DNA from: Mobula hypostoma
Lineage: Eukaryota
Assembly (NCBI RefSeq): GCF_963921235.1
Contig: NC_086097.1
Span: 14,260,001 to 14,324,000 of the forward strand
DNA: 64,000 bases
Direction: 5' to 3'
The notes under the pieces: generated by a model
What the model was told of the DNA's origin: nothing
The model's database searches: none
The model's input: the letters and a program-made list of their open reading frames with translations, nothing else
Program-made: the position numbers and the translations under genes
Shown: positions 11,751 to 24,524 of the stretch, one piece after another
How the letters are laid out: every line of letters begins with the position of its first letter
Numbering within the stretch: the stretch's first letter is position 1

Positions 11751-13524
11751 TTTGAACTGACCAAGTTGCATATTGACATCTTTTTAACAATTAGATGATT
11801 TTTTTAAAAAATCAACACAGTTTAGACAAGAGAATGACAAGAGGTCACACTTGCTTCTCCTATCTAGAAGCTTCTGATGGTAACGAACTTCTGCGACATT
11901 GCAAGAGGCAGAGAATGAGGAGGGAATTATTCCCACCCTCATTACGACTTCAACATCCTCAGCAACTACTGCACTCGAGTGTGTGCCTGACGGTTGGCCA
12001 AACCTGACAAGGTTAGCCAGCGGAGGCAGGGTTTAATGAGAGCCACCCGAACTATTCCGTCATCTCTGACCAGGGGTCCCAGAACGCCTGAAAATCAATT
12101 CTGCTGCAAATGTGCATTTTTTTTTTAAAGGGGTCTTTCAAACACCTGTGGAAGAGAGATATCTTTTGAAATAGCAGAAGTGAATTAAGGGGTTCTTAAT
12201 AATAGGATTTATGCACTGCTGTGTGAAAAAGTGTAGGAGGTGTTTTCTTAGAAAGGATTTACGAAGATGTGTTAATGGCTATTGGTCATCCCAAGCTGAC
12301 CCAACTTGAGGAGAGCTGAAGATTTAATGAGGTTTTGGTACACATCGGTTTCTTTTCTACCCTCCCTGTGTGTTCAAATTTCCCACAGAATTTTCACTGA
12401 TTCCACCCCTCAAAGTTCACTTCTGCTCTGTTTTTTTTTCCTATTGCAAAATATATCCCTTCATCAGAGCAGAGATGGTGATTTCAATTACTTGTTCAAT
12501 AGCTGTGGATGTCAAGTGCAATGCCACTACTGAATGTAGAGAATTTGGCCCAGTACATCACAAGTAAAGCCCTCCCAACCACTGAGCACATCTAAGTGAA
12601 ACACAGTCATAGGAAAGCAGCATCCGTCATCAAAGATCCTCACCACCTTGGCCATGCTGTTGCCATCATGTAGAATGTACAGGAGCCTTAGGACTCACAC
12701 TACCAGGCCTAGGATCAGTTACTATTCCTCATCATCAGGCTCTTGAATAAAAGGTGATAACTACACTCACTTGCCCCATTATAGAAATTAGATTAGATTA
12801 GATTATGAGGACACTCAGTCCTCGTTTATTGCCATTTAGAAATGCATGCATTAAGAAATGATACAATGTTCCTCCAGAGTGATATCACAAAAAAAAGCAG
12901 GACAAACCAAAGACTGACACTGACAAGACCACATAATTATAACATATAGTTACAGCAGTGCAAAGCAACACCATAATTTGTTAAAGAGCAGACCATGGGC
13001 ACGGTTAAAAAAAAAGTCTCAAAGTTCCGATCGACTCCCGATAGTCCCAGTAGCAGGCGGCAAAAGATTCCCACAACCAGTGATCTCACTTTAAGGACTC
13101 GTGTTTTCATTATTTATTGCAATTTATTTTTATTTATTTTTTTCACTGTTTGTTGTCTTCTGCACTCTGGTTGATCTTCCATTGATCCTGATATAGTTAC
13201 TAATCTATAGATTTGCTGAATATATCCACAGGAAAGTGAATCTCAGGGCTGTATATGGTGACCTATGTGTACTGTTATAATAAAATTTACTTTGAACTTT
13301 TAATCCACTTTCCTCTGAACTGTGGAGACAAGATTAGACCCAACAACAGGGACTGATCTGGAGTCAATCATAAGGATGGCAGAATTCCTTCCCTGAAGGT
13401 CACAAGAGAACCAAATGGGTTTTCCATCCTACTACCACCTACTGTCAGAATATTGAATCATGAATAAAATATCTAGGATGAACTTCATTCACCATATATA
13501 TTTACACGTTTTAGGACATGTATT

Positions 13525-13890
13525 AGGGTGGCAGGGTGGAGATACATCTCTACCAAAGGAAGTGTAAGGTGTTCCTTCCCTCCGCTAGCCTGCAGTTCAT
13601 CCTTGGGCAAGGTGTAGCACCTGCTTAGCCCTCCAGTCAGGGTCACGTGTAGCTATGGGAGCAGGTGGTGAATGGTCGTATGAGCAGCTAGAGCATATCA
13701 CAAGTCCTGGTTATGTGACCGCTTACACCAGGCAGACAATCTCTGGAGAGTACTGATAATGGCTGGGGTCACCCATCTTGTAAAGACACTGCCCAGAAGA
13801 AGGCAATGGTGAAGTAAAATTTGCCAAGAACAAAAATGATCATGGAAAGACCATGATTACCCATGTCATATGACATGGCAAATTATGAAC
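13525..13890 (+). mobile_element. Non-autonomous RTE/BovB-related element
   Basis: Second copy at 28253-28622 (-) with the same 5' start AGGGTGGCAGGGTGGAG; contains the BovB/Bov-A-like motif GAAGAAGGCAATGG. Confidence 0.7.
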
Positions 13891-14263
13891 AAATGAGGAC
13901 TCAACTCAGCCAGCTCCCTCACTGGCTCTCGCCTCAGGGATATCTCCAAAAGACGACACCTCAGAAAGGCTGCATCCATCACTAAGTATCCTCATCACCC
14001 ATGGTATGCCCTCTTCTCATTGCTACCATCAGGAAGTGCAGGAGCCTGAAGAAGCAGCTTCTTTTCCTCCACCATCGGATTTTTGAAAGGACAATGAATA
14101 AAGTAATGAACACCACCTCACTATTTTTTGTTCTCTTTTCACACTGTTTATTTTATTTAATCTATTACATATAAATATAACTAACAGAAACTCCATACAG
14201 ACGCACCCAGAACTGAACTCCAAACTCCGACACCCTGAGCTGTAACAGTGTCGCACTAAATGA

Positions 14264-14830
14264 TACACTACTGAGATGCCACAGTATCTGTACGTAATAA
14301 AGTGGTCACTGAGTGTATGTTCATGGTCTTCTGCTGCTGTAGCCCATCCACTTGAAGGTTCAACGTGCTGTGCATTCGGAGATGTTCTTCTGCACACTGC
14401 TCTTGTAACATGTGGTTACTTAAGGTACTGTTGCCTTCCTGTCTGCTTGAACCAGTGTAGCCATTCTCTGATCTCTCTCATTAACAACATTTTCTCCCAC
14501 AGAACTGCCACTTGCTGGATGTTGTTTTTTTAATTTTTCACACCACTCTCTGTAAACTCTAGAGACTGTTGTGTGTGAAAATCCCAGGAGGTCAGCAGTT
14601 TCTGAGATACTCAAACCACTCCATCTGGCACTAACAATCATTCCACGGTCAAAGTCACTTAGAGCTCATTTCTTCCCCATTCTGATGTTTGGTCTGAACA
14701 ACAAATGAACCTTTGACCATGTCTGTATGCTTTTATGTATTGAGCTGCTGCTATGTGATAAGCTAATCAGATACTTGCATTATCAAGCTGGTGTACAGGT
14801 GTACCGAATAAAGCAGTCACTGAGTTTATA
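14264..14830 (-). mobile_element. Internally deleted Tc1-like DNA transposon
   Basis: ORF 14420..14641 (GLSISETADLLGFSHTTVSRVYREW) is a Tc1-type HTH; terminal motif AATAAAGTGGTCACTGAGTGTA repeated at ~14296 and ~14807. Confidence 0.8.
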
Positions 14831-14879
14831 TTTCTGATTATAACTGAATTCAGTTCCATCTCCAAAGACATAATTACAA

Positions 14880-15180
14880 AATTTGGGCTGACACTCCAAT
14901 AGTGAGGGTGTGCTACATTGTTGGATGTGCTTCCCTTCAGGCGAGACTACTGTATAGGCAAACTGTTTCCCCTCTCAGGCGAAAATAAAAGATACCTCAG
15001 CACTTTCTTAATGAGCAGGGGAGTTTTCCCTAGTGTCCCAGCTATTGTTCACCATTCAAACAACAGCAATACATTTTGGTGACATCATTTGTAGCCTTGC
15101 TCTTTCGGGGATCTCGGTATGAACCACCTGTCTCCTATCTTCCCCGCATGCAGTGACTTCACTCCAAGAGTCCCTCATAA
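14880..15180 (+). mobile_element. Ancient Deu-domain SINE remnant (SacSINE1/AmnSINE-like)
   Basis: GGCTGACACTCC..GAGGGTGTGCTACATTGTTGGA..CCCTCTCAGG..AAAAGAT..GAGCAGGGGAGTTTTCCCTAGTGTCC matches my recollection of the DeuSINE consensus. Other remnants at ~15955-16170 (-), 16640-16745 (+), 20935-21240 (-), 60800-60930 (+). Confidence 0.65.
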
Positions 15181-15214
15181 AGGTTAAATGCTAGCTTCAT
15201 TTTTCACGTGTACT

Positions 15215-15460
15215 GCCAACACAGTCCAAGCATTGAGTTGGGGACAGCCGCAGGTGTCTCCAAGCTGCAGGCGCCAACATGGCATGCCCACAACTTTCTA
15301 ACCCGTCCATCTTTGGAACGTAGGAGGAAACCAGACCATCCGGAGGAAACCCAAGCGGACACGTGAAGAACATACAAACTCCTCACTGGGAGCGTGGGAA
15401 TTGATCCAGGTTTGCTGACATCATAAAGCAAAACGCTTACCACTATGCTACCACACACCG
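15215..15460 (-). mobile_element. V-SINE (HE1-like)
   Basis: V-domain GTTTGTATGTTCT..TGGGTTTCCTCCGG..GGTTTCCTCC..TCCAAAGA preceded by a tRNA-like head. Confidence 0.8.
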
Positions 15461-15659
15461 CTCTCTTCGTTCTTAAGAGCTTTAGGACATACTGGGGGTG
15501 TGAAAAGTTCATTATGAAAGCAGAGCCTCTTTACCCCTCTCATAATTGATTTCAATAACAATTCAAGCATTGAGTACCATTCCATATATCTCAAGTGATT
15601 AGTTCTTCCACTGCACTTTTTCCCATCTCAAAAGACCTGCATGTCCAACAAACTGCTTT

Positions 15660-15950
15660 TTATATTTTTTTATTGAGATACGGTGCAGAATACGGTCCAG
15701 TCCTTTGAGCCTCACCACCCAGCAATCCCCGATTTTAATCCTAGCCAAATCACAGGACAATTTACAATGACCAATTAACCCTCCAACCAGTAAGTCCTTG
15801 GGCAGTAGGAGGAAACCAGAGCACCCAGAAGAAACCCACGTGGTCACAGGGAGAACATATAAGCTCCTTACAGGCAATGGTGGGACTTGAACCTGCTTTG
15901 CCTGTACTATAAAGTGTTGTGCTAATGACTAGGCTCCCGCACTGCCCCTC
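15660..15950 (-). mobile_element. V-SINE (HE1-like)
   Basis: Same V-domain plus GGTTAATTGGTCATTGTAAATTGTCC and a CR1-like tail. Further copies at ~19850-19975, 22310-22540, 26000-26170, 30160-30280, 30555-30815, 62690-62885 (-) and 57358-57555 (+). Confidence 0.8.
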
Positions 15951-17524
15951 CCTCTTGAAGAGTCATCGCTGTTGTAAAATAGGAAGAGTCAGCAGGTTTT
16001 TACACAGTAAGGTTCCATAAATAAGACTGTGATAGTGATCAAATAATCTGTTTCATAAAATTGATGTAAAGATACATAACGTCTATTCTTCTTCAGAATA
16101 ATTCCATAGAATGTTTTGCTTTCATCTGGGAGCACAGATTGGACTTTCCTTTAACATCCTGTCCAAAAAAGTTCAAAACGCAATAAACAATCTGGCAGAG
16201 GAACTCACTGGGTCTAGCGGCATCTGAGACTGGGCGGGGGGGAGGGGATTGTGGTGATAGAGGAGGAATTATTGATGCTTCACATCAAAACCTTGCACCA
16301 ATGCCGTGGCTCCAGGTTCCTGGATCAGCCGTCTCTTGTGTCTACAAGTTCAAGATTGTCTTGCCTCCACGTGCTGCAATGAAAGGCCAGCAGAACAGCA
16401 ATTTATCTTAACTTTGGACACAAACTAGTATGGGAGCATCACCCCTTGACTACAATGGAGCAGAATATTTATTACTGAGAACCATCAATGGCCAGTATTC
16501 ACACACACACACAAACACACACACTGACCATAGACAATTTCCTTCCCTAGTGATCAATGGCAGCTGTTTCTCTTCTGAGATGGAAGGTGATGAGTCAAGC
16601 TCAACAATAGGAATTTAAGCAAATTATCTTGGTTTTAATATTGTAGTGAGGGCGTGCTGTACTCTCAGAGGTGCTGATTTTTGGATGAGCTGTTAAACTA
16701 GCCTACTCCTTCAGATGAATAAATAAGATCACATGACACATCATCAGGACATAAATTATATTCATTCCTGATCACTAAAACTTGACACAGAAATGCAGGA
16801 AAAATCGTGAAAACATCACTAATGGAAATATTTTGGAATGGAAAGACCTGAGGTTACATTTGCAGAATAGAAACGAGGGGCAAAGGTTATTCAGTCACAA
16901 TTCAGCACCTTGGTTTTACATTTGAAATTAAAGCCTGTTACATTCATAAACACCTTTGTCAATTCAATGCCAGCAATTATATTTCTTAGGGGAATAAAAA
17001 TGATAAATTATGACTTCATTGAAGGGCTTTTTAGTTTGTTTCCACTGGGAAAAAAGCCTGAAATATTCATAAAATTGTCAACATGTGACTGAAATTAGTA
17101 CATCTTTGATGGATCTGAACTCCCTTATACTCAGACTGTCTTGAACACAATTTAAATTGAATCATGTTAATCGTGATGTAACAATCACATTTTTTGGAAT
17201 TGGTCCACTGTTGCTACGTGTATTGAAATACTGTGAAACAATTTTCTTTGCGTGCCATTCTAATGGATCATTCCACACATAGGTGCATCAAGAAAGTTGA
17301 AAAGAAAACAGCACAGAATATCATGTTACAGTGACATGAGACCATATAGTGCAGGTAGACATATAAACCGCAAGGGTCACGACAAGGTCAGAATCAGAAT
17401 TTGGTTTATTATCATTGGCATACGTATATTGTGAAATTTGTTGTTTTGAGGCAAAACATAAAAAATTAGAGTCATAGATCATCAATTGTCAAATGCCTGT
17501 CACGTCACTAGCATTTAGGGCAGC

Positions 17525-17910
17525 AGAGTCATAGAAGAGTCATACATAAGTACAGCACAGAAATAGGCCCATTGGCCCATCTAATCCATGCCGAGCAATT
17601 TAAACTGCCTGCTCCCATCAGTCTGCACCAGGACCATAGCCTTCATATTCCTCCCATCCACATAGCCTTCCAGATTTCACTTAAGCGTTGAAATCGAGCT
17701 TGCATGCACCACTTGAGCTCACGATCCTCTGTATGAAGAAGTTTTCCCTCATATTCCCTTTAAACTTTTCACCCTTCACTCTTAACCTATGACCTCCAGT
17801 TATAGTCTCACCCAACCTCTGTGGAAAAAGCCTGCTTGCATTTACCATATCCATATCCCTCATAATTTTGCACATCTCTATCAAATCTACTCTCAGTCTT
17901 CTACATTCCA
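17525..17910 (-). mobile_element. CR1 LINE 3' fragment
   Basis: ORF 17681..17911 RRLRVDLIEMCKIM..GHRLRVKGEKF..FFIQRIV; (AGAGTCAT)n tail. Confidence 0.8.
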
Positions 17911-18355
17911 ATTATTATTAATCACAGTAGGAATATATTGTACATTTTAAATGTTCAGAAAGAGACCAGTATATTGAGGAAGTGCTTATGGGTTCATTGC
18001 CCATTTAGAAATCTGGTGGTGAAGGAGAAGATGCTCCTAAAATATTGAGTGTGTGTCTTGAGGCTCCTGTACCTACTTCCTGATGGTAGAAATCAGAAGA
18101 GGACAAGTTCTGGATGGTGAGGATCCTTCACGATGGATGCCACCTTGCAGAGGCATGGCCTTTTGAAGATGTCCTTGATGGTGGGGAGGCTAATGCTCAT
18201 GATGGAACTGACTGAATATACACCTCCAATTTATTTATTGACATACAACGTGGCGTAGGCCTTTCCAGCCCTTCGAGCCACACCACCCAGCAAACCCAGA
18301 TTTAACCCTAGCCTAAACACAACATCATTTACAATAACCAATCAACCTGCCAAAT

Positions 18356-18392
18356 GGTGTGTCTTTGGTGTGTGTGTGTGTGTGTGTCTTTG

Positions 18393-18448
<56 letters not shown>

Positions 18449-18491
18449 TGTGTGTGCGTGTCTTTGGTATGTGTGTGTGTGTGTGTGTGTG
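18356..18491. repeat. Compound (GT)n microsatellite
   Basis: GT runs punctuated by CTTTG. Confidence 0.95.
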
Positions 18492-18614
18492 CTGTCTGTT
18501 ACACTGCTGGCATTTAGGGCAGCAATGAAACTCCTCAATCTCTGACAGTGTTCAGAGTTTCCTTCATTGTGTCAGTAGCTTCCTCTTGGTTTTCACTACT
18601 CTCAGTCATGCATT

Positions 18615-19541
18615 GGTGGAAGCACAAGTGGTGTTGAGGAAACAGATAGGCTGCAGAAGGACTCAGACAGATTAGGAGAATGGGCAAGGAAGTGGCAAAT
18701 GAAATACAAAGTTGGAAAATGCATCGTCGTCCACTTTGGTAGAAGAAATAAATGTGCCAGCTATTTTCTAAACAAGGAGAAAATCCAGGAATCTAAGGCG
18801 CAGAGGGACTTAGGAGTTCTTGTGCAGAACACCTTGAAGGTTAACTTGTAGGTTGAGTCAGTGGTGAGGAAGGTAAATGCCATGTTAGCATTCATTTCAA
18901 GAGGTCTAAAATACAAGCACAAGGATGTGATGCTGAGGCTTTATCAGGTAATGGTGAGGCCTCATCTTCAGTATTGTGAACAGCTTTGGGCTTCTCATCT
19001 GAGAAAAGATGTGCTGGCATTGCAGAGGGTTCAGAGGATTTTCACAAGGATGATTCCAGGAATGAAAGAGTTATCATTCGAGAAACATTTGACAGCTCTG
19101 GATCTGTACTTGCTGGAATTTTGAAGGATGGGGCAGGGGGGGTAATCTCATTGAAACCTTCCGAATGTTGAAAGGCCTCGACAGAGTAGATGTGGAAAGG
19201 ATGTTGCCCATGGCAGGGGAGTCTAAGACAAGAGGGCACAGCCTTAGAATAAAGGGATGTCCATTTAAAACAGAGATGCAGAGAAATTTCTGTAGCCAGA
19301 GGGTGATGAATTTGTGAAACTTATTACCACAGGCAGCTGTGGAGGCCAGGTCATTGGATGTATTTAAGACAGAGCTTGATAGGTTTTTGATTGGACTTGG
19401 CATCAAAGATTACAGGGAGAAGGCCGGGGACTGGGGCTAAGGAGGGAAGAGAAAAAGGATCAGCCATGATTGAATGTTGGAGCAGATTCAATGAGCCAAA
19501 TGGCCTAATTCTGCTCCTATCTCTTATGGTCTTATGGTCTA
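18615..19541 (+). mobile_element. CR1 LINE 3' fragment inserted in an RTE-derived element
   Basis: ORF 18861 (VRKVNAMLAFISRG..VRPHLQYCEQLW); (CTTATGGT)n tail; flanks 18492-18614 and 19542-19830 form one minus-strand RTE/Expander-like element. Confidence 0.85.
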
Positions 19542-19830
19542 AGTCCCAGTTGGAGACTCAGGAATACTGTCACACTCAGATGTAGAAGGATTCTCCATTG
19601 CTGTTTCTGTCAAAGTTTTGTTTTAACGTAAAGGCTGTTAGCCCTGAGCTGAACCACCAAACCTGGAGGACTGGTGGACCACTCTTAGACTGGAGTCTAC
19701 CCTCTGACCTGTTTGGCGTGGGTGACCCTGCCAACAGCCAAAGCATAAAGCCCTGACTCCAGCCAGCATAACTCTCTGGGTCACTGAGGCACGCAAGCCT
19801 CCAGACTATGACAAGGTTATAGTCCCTTGC
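19542..19830 (-). mobile_element. RTE/Expander (Rex3)-like 5' leader of a non-autonomous element
   Basis: Minus strand ACCTTGTCATAGTCTGGAGGCTTGCGTGCCTCAGTGACCC..GGCAGGGTCACCCA..CAAACAGGTC resembles the leader at 32331. Confidence 0.65.
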
Positions 19831-20583
19831 AGGACGTCTTTGGGCTGTGCGAGGAAGCTGGGGCTCCCGGAGGAAACCCACGCGGTCATGGTGAGAACGT
19901 ACAAACTCCTCGCAGTCAGCAGCAGGATTTGAACGCATGCTGCTGGTATTGTGCTAACCACTACGCTACTGTGCCAAGGAATACGGTAACACAGTGAAAC
20001 TTTACATCTGAATTAAAGCCAATGAATTGGCAATTGCTAATGGCAAGTATAAACTAAGAGGGAGTCTAATTGTATGTGCTTTCGGCTTCCACCTGATATG
20101 GGTGGTTGGTGGGTGGGCTGCGTTGGGGGAAGGGGTTTAGTCATAATGTACGTACTTATTTATTTATTTGTTAATTAAAGAAGAGCAGAATCCGTCACCA
20201 CCTATACTCCCTCAGTGCTTCTGTGTGACACCACTGGCTTGAGAAGACAGTTGAACACAGTCCGTCAGAGCAATATGATTGCTGGCCCCACTGACAAAAT
20301 AATTTGCACCCGTCGCTTTTCTGAGGCACGCATTAAATGACGGATTTGGCATGCCGATTTTTGAATTTTAATCAGAAGTGAAGGAATGACACGGTACATC
20401 AAAACAAGGCATCAGATGTTAAATGGGCTTTTGCAATCACTGTCAAACAAGACTCCATTAAGGAGCCATGACTTCATGAGCATCAATCATGTGTTTTTTT
20501 CCCCTTTCTCCAGCAACCTATATATGTGGCTTTAATTAGACTACAATTTTCAACTAGCAGTTTGCTAAGATAACTCTGCCAAG

Positions 20584-20830
20584 GGCGGTCTCAAACGCAG
20601 CTGTGAAGGGAGGCGGGCTGGGAATGGTGCTAGCAACCCTGTCCCACAAAAACCCAGAGCTACAAAAACACCAACAGAAGCTCCCAAGGCGTCATCCTCG
20701 GAGGAAGGAGGATCTGAGAAGATAGGCTACACCTGGGGACTACTTGAAAGACTGGCCAAGGACAGAGCACTCTGTGGAGCTGCTGCCAGCAGCCATTCTC
20801 CAGTAGGGTTGATAGGCTTGAGAGGAAGAA
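20584..20830 (+). mobile_element. RTE-derived fragment
   Basis: 3' coding relic GYTWGLLERLAKDRAL, typical of RTE C-termini, then a GAAGAAG tail. Confidence 0.55.
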
Positions 20831-21469
20831 GTCGACAAAGATGTTACCAAGCTGCTCACATTGGTGTGACCAAAGCGGAGGTAAACGAGCATGGGATTTT
20901 GTTCATGCATGCTTACCTATGGGCAGTGAAAGCACTGCATTTATGTAGCACCTCCCAAAAGATGTGCCAAAGCACAGAACAAGCGATAAAGCAGTCCATG
21001 TAGTGAGATTACTGTTGTAATGGAAGCAACCCGGCAAGTGATCTACATAGAGCAAGATCCCAAAATCATCAAAGAGCCAGGGACCAAATTGCTGAGGAGC
21101 AGATGGTGACGCTCACATGTTCACATCATGTGAAAGGTCACTTGTTCGTTGGAATAGTACCTTGAGATTTTTTATGTCCAGCTGAGAGAGCGGATAGGAC
21201 CTTAGCACAGTGTATCAGCCGGAACGTGGCACCTTTGCTATCTGGCGTAGAGAAGAATTTCTAAGCATTGGTCCTTAACACAGACATTAAAGATAGAGCA
21301 ATTGAAATTCATGGTTGAGCAAAAGGCTGGAACTGTAGGAATGCTGATATTTCAGAGACATATGGAGGTGGGAAGGGCTGAGGCAATTATGGGATGCCAG
21401 ACCTGCTGAGTTCCTCCAGTATTTTGTGTGTGTTGCTTGTAAGGTATTTTGAAACAACGCTGGCAAATC

Positions 21470-21972
21470 CTCAAAGTTCAAAGTAAATTTTATTATCAGA
21501 GAACATATATGTCACTATATACAACCCTGAGATTCATTTTCTTGTGGGCATACTCAGCGAATCTATAGAATAGTAACTATAACAATCTCAAGGAAGGATC
21601 AAGTAGAGAGCAGAAAACTACAAACTGTGCAAATGCAAGTATAAATAAATAGCGATAAGTAATGAGAGCATGAAATATACAAGATAAAGAGTCCATAAAG
21701 TGAGATCATTGGTTGTGGATGATCTCAGTGGATGAGTGTAGTTATCTGCTGGGCAAGTGAGTGTAGTCATCCCCTTTTGTTCAAGAGCCTGATGGCTGAG
21801 GGGTAGTAACTGTTCTTGAACCTGGTGGTGTGAGTCCTGAAGCTACTTGTGCCTTCTACCGGATGGCAGCAGCAAGTAAAGAGCATGACCTGGATGGTGA
21901 GGATCTCTGATGATGGATGCTGCTTTCCTACGACAGTGTTTGATGTAGATGTGCTCAGTGCTGGGAGGCTTT
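21470..21972 (-). mobile_element. Rex1/Babar-type LINE 3' end
   Basis: TCAAAGTTCAAAGTAAATTTT tail and 3' UTR shared with copies at 41545 and 44725. Confidence 0.75.
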
Positions 21973-22822
21973 ATGAGCAGATGTTAAACAACCGGATTAG
22001 CCCCTATATTTTACATCTTCTTGGAGATACTTTAAGGTCTGCCCCATAAGTAATGAGAGCCAGCCCGGGTTTGCCTGCCATACTTCCCAACAAGATGAAT
22101 TCACCACAGCAATCAGCAGTCCATGTAAGCCGGGAAGCACAGGGGTGATGGGTGAATGGAAAGAAGTACAATGGGCAGCAGCTTGAGGGTATCTGGAAAG
22201 TTTCAAAAAGCTGAATGAGGGAAAGCAGCTGTCAGGTACAATGCAGGACAAATTTTACAGCACTGACTGAGCAACGATGGATCTGATAAAGTTTTAATTG
22301 GTACATTTATTTATTTAGAGATACAGCATAGTAGCGGTCCCTGTCAGCCCAATGAGCCTGTCCTGCTATTTTACACCCATGTGACAAATAAACCTACTAA
22401 CCCGTACGTCTTTGGAAGGTGAGAGGAAATCGAAGCACCCGGAGCAAATCTATGCGGTCGCGGCGAGAATGTGCAAACTCCGTACAAACCCAGGGCACTG
22501 GCACTGTAATAACGTTGTGCTAACCATAACACTGCTGTGCCACCAAGTGTCATATATCACAGGAGTCAGGAGCTGAAACTCAGAACAGCTCATGGGCAGA
22601 TGTTAAACTACCTCTATTCTCTATCTAAATCCTTCTTGGAGGTATTTTGTAGTGTACCTCACAAACAACGAGAGCTGGCCTTGGTTTGCTTGTTGTAATT
22701 CCCACCAAGCTGATTCCCACCACAGCAATCCCCAAACTACAAACAGATTGAAATTGGTTTGCACTTTTATCAAATCCTCAAGGATTTTCCCCCTGAGGAT
22801 AACATAGCTGCCGCAATGTCAG

Positions 22823-24182
22823 AAACATAACAGCACATTTGGAAAGCAGTGAAACATCGGACAAAGTCAGCATGGATTTGTGAAAGGAAAATCATGTCTG
22901 ACGAATCTCATAGAATTTTTTGAGGATGTAACTAGTAGAGTGGATAGGGGAGAACCAGTGGATGTGGTATATTTGGATTTTCAAAAGGCTTTTGACAAGG
23001 TCCCACACAGGAGATTAGTGTGCAAACTTAAAGCACACGGTATTGGGGGTAAGGTATTGGTGTGGGTGGAGAATTGGTTAGCAGACGGGAAGCAAAGAGT
23101 GGGAATAAACGGGACCTTTTCAGAATGGCAGGCGGTGACTAGTGGGGTACCGCAAGGCTCAGTGCTGGGACCCCAGTTGTTTACAATATATATTAATGAC
23201 TTGGATGAGGGAATTGAATGCAGCATCTCCAAGTTTGCGGATGACACGAAGCTGGGTGGCAGTGTTAGCAGTGAGGAGGATGCTAAGAGGATGCAGGGTG
23301 ACTTGGATAGGTTGGGTGAGTGGGCAAATTCATGGCAGATGCAATTTAATGTGGATAAATGTGAAGTTATCCACTTTGGTGGCAAAAATAGGAAAAATAG
23401 ATAATAATAAGATTATTATCTGGATGGTGGCCAATTAGGAAAAGGGGAGGTGCAACGAGACCTGGGTGTCATTATACACCAGTCATTGAAAGTGGGCATG
23501 CAGGTACAGCAGGCGGTGAAAAAGGCGAATGGTATTCTGGTATTCATAGCAAGGGGATTCGAGTACAGGAGCAGGGAAGTACTACTGCAGTTGTACAAGG
23601 CCTTGGTGAGACCACACTTGGAGTATTGTGTCCAGTTTTGGTCCCCTAATCTGAGGAAAGACATCCTTGCCATAGAGGGAGTACAAAGAAGGTTCACCAG
23701 ATTGGTTCCTGGGATGGCAGGACTTTCATATGATGAAAGATTGGATCAACTAGGCTTATACTCGTTGGAATTTAGAAGATTGAGGGAGGATCTTATTGAA
23801 ACATATAAAATCCTAAAGGGATTGGACAGGCTAGATGCAGGAAGATTGTTCCCGATGTTGGGGAAGTCCAGAACGAGGGGTCACAGTTTGAGGATAAAGG
23901 GGAAGCCTTTTCGGACTGAGATTAGGAAAAACTTCTTCACACAGAGAGTGGTGAATCTGTGGAATTCTCTGCCACAGGAAACAGTTGAGACCAGTTCATT
24001 GGCTATATTTAAGGGGGAGTTAGATATGGCCCTTGTGGCTAAAGGGATCAGGGGGTATGGAGGGAAGGCTGGTACAGGGTTCTGAGTTGGATGATCAGCC
24101 ATGATCATACTGAATGGCGGTGCAGGCTCGAAGGGCCAAATGGCCTACTCCTGCACCTATTTTCTATGTTTCTATGTTTCTA
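22823..24182 (+). mobile_element. Young CR1 (HER1-like) LINE, 5'-truncated, RT nearly intact
   Basis: ORFs 22880..23404 (KSCLTNL..YLDFQKAFDKVPH..GVPQGSVLGP..FADDTKL) and 23450..24085; terminal hairpin and (TTTCTATG)n tail. Confidence 0.95.
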
Positions 24183-24524
24183 AATAAAGGAATAGGTCAA
24201 GTTATGTCAGTGCTCTCCACAAATTAGAGAATTAAACAGCCTTCACTACACAACGATTGCACTTGCCTGAAATATACCTGAGATCTCTTTCAGAATGGGA
24301 GGCCTTGGGATAAGAAGATCTCATCACTTCTGAGGTGCCAGTAACATTATACTTTTTGACTTGTATCATAAATGCGCCTTATACTAAATGTCAAACTTCT
24401 GGAGTATATTTTATTATTTGGTAATTTATTTGTGAAAATATTATTTTGTGTTGTGAGTGTGAGTTATACGTACTGTGTTGAGCACATTGGTCCAGAGGAA
24501 CATTGTTTCATTTGGTGGTATACA

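Noticed and set aside
11868..12011. Possible 144-nt exon (pyrimidine tract + AG ... AG/GTTAG) and small hairpin at 11914-11943
   Set aside because: All three frames contain a stop, no recognisable peptide, and a single short hairpin is expected by chance.
18329..18545. His/Thr- and Cys/Val-rich ORFs
   Set aside because: Translations of a (GT)n microsatellite.
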